Below are positions 36,251 through 38,433 of a DNA stretch of 38,433 nucleotides, piece after piece. The notes below the pieces were generated by a model. It saw nothing but the letters and a program-made list of their open reading frames with translations, ran no database searches and was not told the DNA's origin. Position 1 is the stretch's first letter. Every line of letters begins with the position of its first letter. The position numbers and the translations under genes are program-made. The DNA comes from Octopus sinensis. Lineage: Eukaryota. The stretch covers positions 1-38,433 of the forward strand of contig NW_021832321.1 in NCBI RefSeq assembly GCF_006345805.1. Reading direction: 5' to 3'.

Positions 36251-36531
36251 GTAAATTCTATTGGCTTTCTTGAACTATAACTAAATAATCGCACACACAC
36301 CCACTCGCACATACACACACTCACACACCCCACACACACATAAAAATATATATACATATAAATTTTGTGTAAAGAAAAGTCGGGATGCTTTGCGTTCAGT
36401 TAAATGAAAACTGCATTAAAACTACAAAACGTACACGTGGAAACAGATACAAAGGACCGTAACTCTTCATCAGTTTCGATTTGAAAATATACATATAATA
36501 TATATATATATATATTATATATATATTATAT

Positions 36532-36828
36532 ATAACTTATAAAATAAGCAAAAGAAAAATTCTAATGCCAAATATGCCGAAAAAGAAACAAAATTCCATG
36601 GGTATGAGTAAGTATTTAATTTATGTCTTACGTATTTATCGCTGACGAGGAGAAAATTCTTATGAATTAACTCTGAAATTGGGACCAATACTGTAAGAAC
36701 GGATTTTTTAGAAATTTCTATCGGCTTGTTTCGAGACGCCTTAATTATAATGATTATTGACAATTTTGTCTTTTTTTCCGGCATATTTGGCATTAGAAAT
36801 TTTCTTTTGCCCTTATTTTATAAGTTAT
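36532..36828. mobile_element. MITE-like element with ~65-bp TIRs
   Basis: 36532-36595 versus 36762-36828 are reverse-complementary (ATAACTTATAAAATAAG..TTCTAATGCCAAATATGCCG). TSD not resolvable in the AT-rich flanks. Confidence 0.8.
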
Positions 36829-36916
36829 TTATAAATTTAACCTTTAAAGGTATTTTTTGATATGCTGGCCATTGATAAAATTTTTTTTCGAAAAAAAATT
36901 AATCCTACATTAGTTG

Positions 36917-36954
<38 letters not shown>

Positions 36955-36956
36955 CT

Positions 36957-37114
36957 ACGGGCTTCATTCAGTTTCCGTCAAACAAATCTTTCACAAAGCT
37001 TTCGTCAGGTGAGGCTATAGTAGAAGGCACTTGCCCAAGGTGCAATGCAGTGGGACTGAACCCGGATGTATATGGATGGGAAGCAAGTTCCTTACCACAC
37101 AGCCATACCTGCGC
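36957..37114 (-). mobile_element. SINE head plus CORE-like segment
   Basis: Minus strand GCGCAGGTATGGCTGTGTGGTAAGG...GGGTTCAGTCCCACTGC..CACCTTGGGCAAGTGCC. Confidence 0.85.
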
Positions 37115-37533
37115 ATGTTTGGATGGGAGAGGCGTAAATGTCACAGTTGGAAGTGCTTTTAATATGTCTATTCGATATAAAGAATGAGCAACATCAGCAT
37201 CAAAAGTAATTACAACAACAGCAGCAACAACAACAACAATGAGAGCATGTGTAAGATTAGCTAAAGAACCATCAGTGAGTAGCGACAGATGTGACAACCA
37301 GAGGCACCGCTAGAAATCGGTGCATGTGGAAGAACGGATGGAAATTCAACGGCAACAGCGCCAACAGCAGCAGCAGTAGTAGTAGTAGTAGTAGTAGCAG
37401 TAGTAGTAGTAGTACTAGTGGCATTGCCAGCATCATCATCATCAATAACAATAGCATAAACAGCTGCTAAGAGCAACAGCATCCACAGATGCAGCAGCAG
37501 CTACAAAAGCAGCAATAGCAGTAGCAAAAGTAA

Positions 37534-37620
<87 letters not shown>

Positions 37621-38433
37621 CGACAACGGCGGCGGTGACTGTGGTGGTAGTAGTACTAGCAGCGTCAGTGGCGGTGGCGGCTGTGGTGGTGGTGGTGGTG
37701 GTAGTAGTAGCGGCAGCGGCGGCTGGTGACTGTGGTGGTAGTAGTACTAGCAGCGTCAGTGGCGGTGGCGGCGTGTGGGTGGTGGTGGTGGTGGTGGTAG
37801 TAGTAGTAGCGACAACGGCGGCGGTGACGTGGTGGTGTGGTTTAGTAGAATAGCAGCGTCAGTGGCGGTGGCGGATGTGGTGCGTGGTGGGTGGTGGTAG
37901 TAGTAGCGCAGCGGCGGCGGCGGTTGACGTGTGGTGGTAGTAGTACTAGCAGCGTCAGTGGCGGTGGCGGCTGTGGTGGTGGTGGTGGTGGTAGTAGTAG
38001 CGGCAGCGGCGCGGGGACTGTGGTGGTAGTAGTAATAGCAGCGTCAGTGGCGGTGGCGGCTGGGTGGTGGTGGGTGGTGTGGTGGTAGTAGTAGCGGCAG
38101 CGGCGGCGGTGACTGTGGTGGTAGTAGTACTAGCAGCGTCAGTGGCGGTGGCGGCTGTGGTGGTGGTGGTGGTGGTAGTAGTAGCGGCAGCGGCGGCGGT
38201 GACTGTGGTGGTAGTAGTACTAGCAGCGTCAGTGGCGGTGGCGGCTGTGGTGGTGGTGGTGGTGGTAGTAGTAGCGGCAGCGGCGGCGGCGACTGTGGTG
38301 GTAGTAGTACTAGCAGCGTCAGTGGCGGTGGCGGCTGTGGTGGTGGTGGTGGTTGGTAGTAGTAGCGGCAGCGGCGGCGGTGACTGTGGTGGTAGTAGTA
38401 ATAGCAGCGTCAGTGGCGGTGGCGGCTGTGGTG
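37621..38433. repeat. GC-rich 90-bp VNTR, about 9 units, runs off the window
   Basis: CGGCGGCGG(T/C)GACTGTGG recurs at 38101, 38191, 38281 and 38372 (period 90-91). Earlier units carry small indels. Confidence 0.95.

Larger units (their letters stand above)
34222..36474. repeat. ~200-bp inverted repeat pair enclosing ~1.8 kb
   Basis: 34222-34420 (ACTGATGAAGAGTTACGGTCC...AAGAAAGCCAATAGAA) is reverse-complementary to 36256-36474, apart from a variable (CA)n segment. Confidence 0.88.

Overview
Eukaryotic, repeat-saturated, AT-rich non-coding DNA. The very dense (TA)n/(CA)n/(GATA)n/(ATT)n/(CAT)n tracts and the SINE types suggest a coleoid cephalopod (Octopus-like) genome; this assignment is inference. 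No intact host gene can be supported. The main feature is a full-length 6.1-kb Helitron (1311-7416) with A|TC and CTAG|T ends, a 3' hairpin, and a Rep/PIF1-helicase ORF whose breaks are 1-nt deletions wherever I could reconstruct them. Its N-terminus carries 23-aa STPR-like repeats, and a 394-bp non-autonomous relative with a near-identical 3' end lies at 33135-33528. Also present: tRNA-derived SINEs of several families (three copies with clear TSDs), a ~426-bp GGATC-TIR MITE family with 8-bp TSDs and internal TTAGGG repeats, two mariner relics with nested insertions, a restriction-like-endonuclease LINE fragment next to (TAA)n, hammerhead-like motifs, and a 90-bp VNTR. The window has an unusual number of long fold-back palindromes; one is inserted with a 12-bp TSD into an otherwise continuous reading frame, and one is a pre-miRNA-sized imperfect hairpin.
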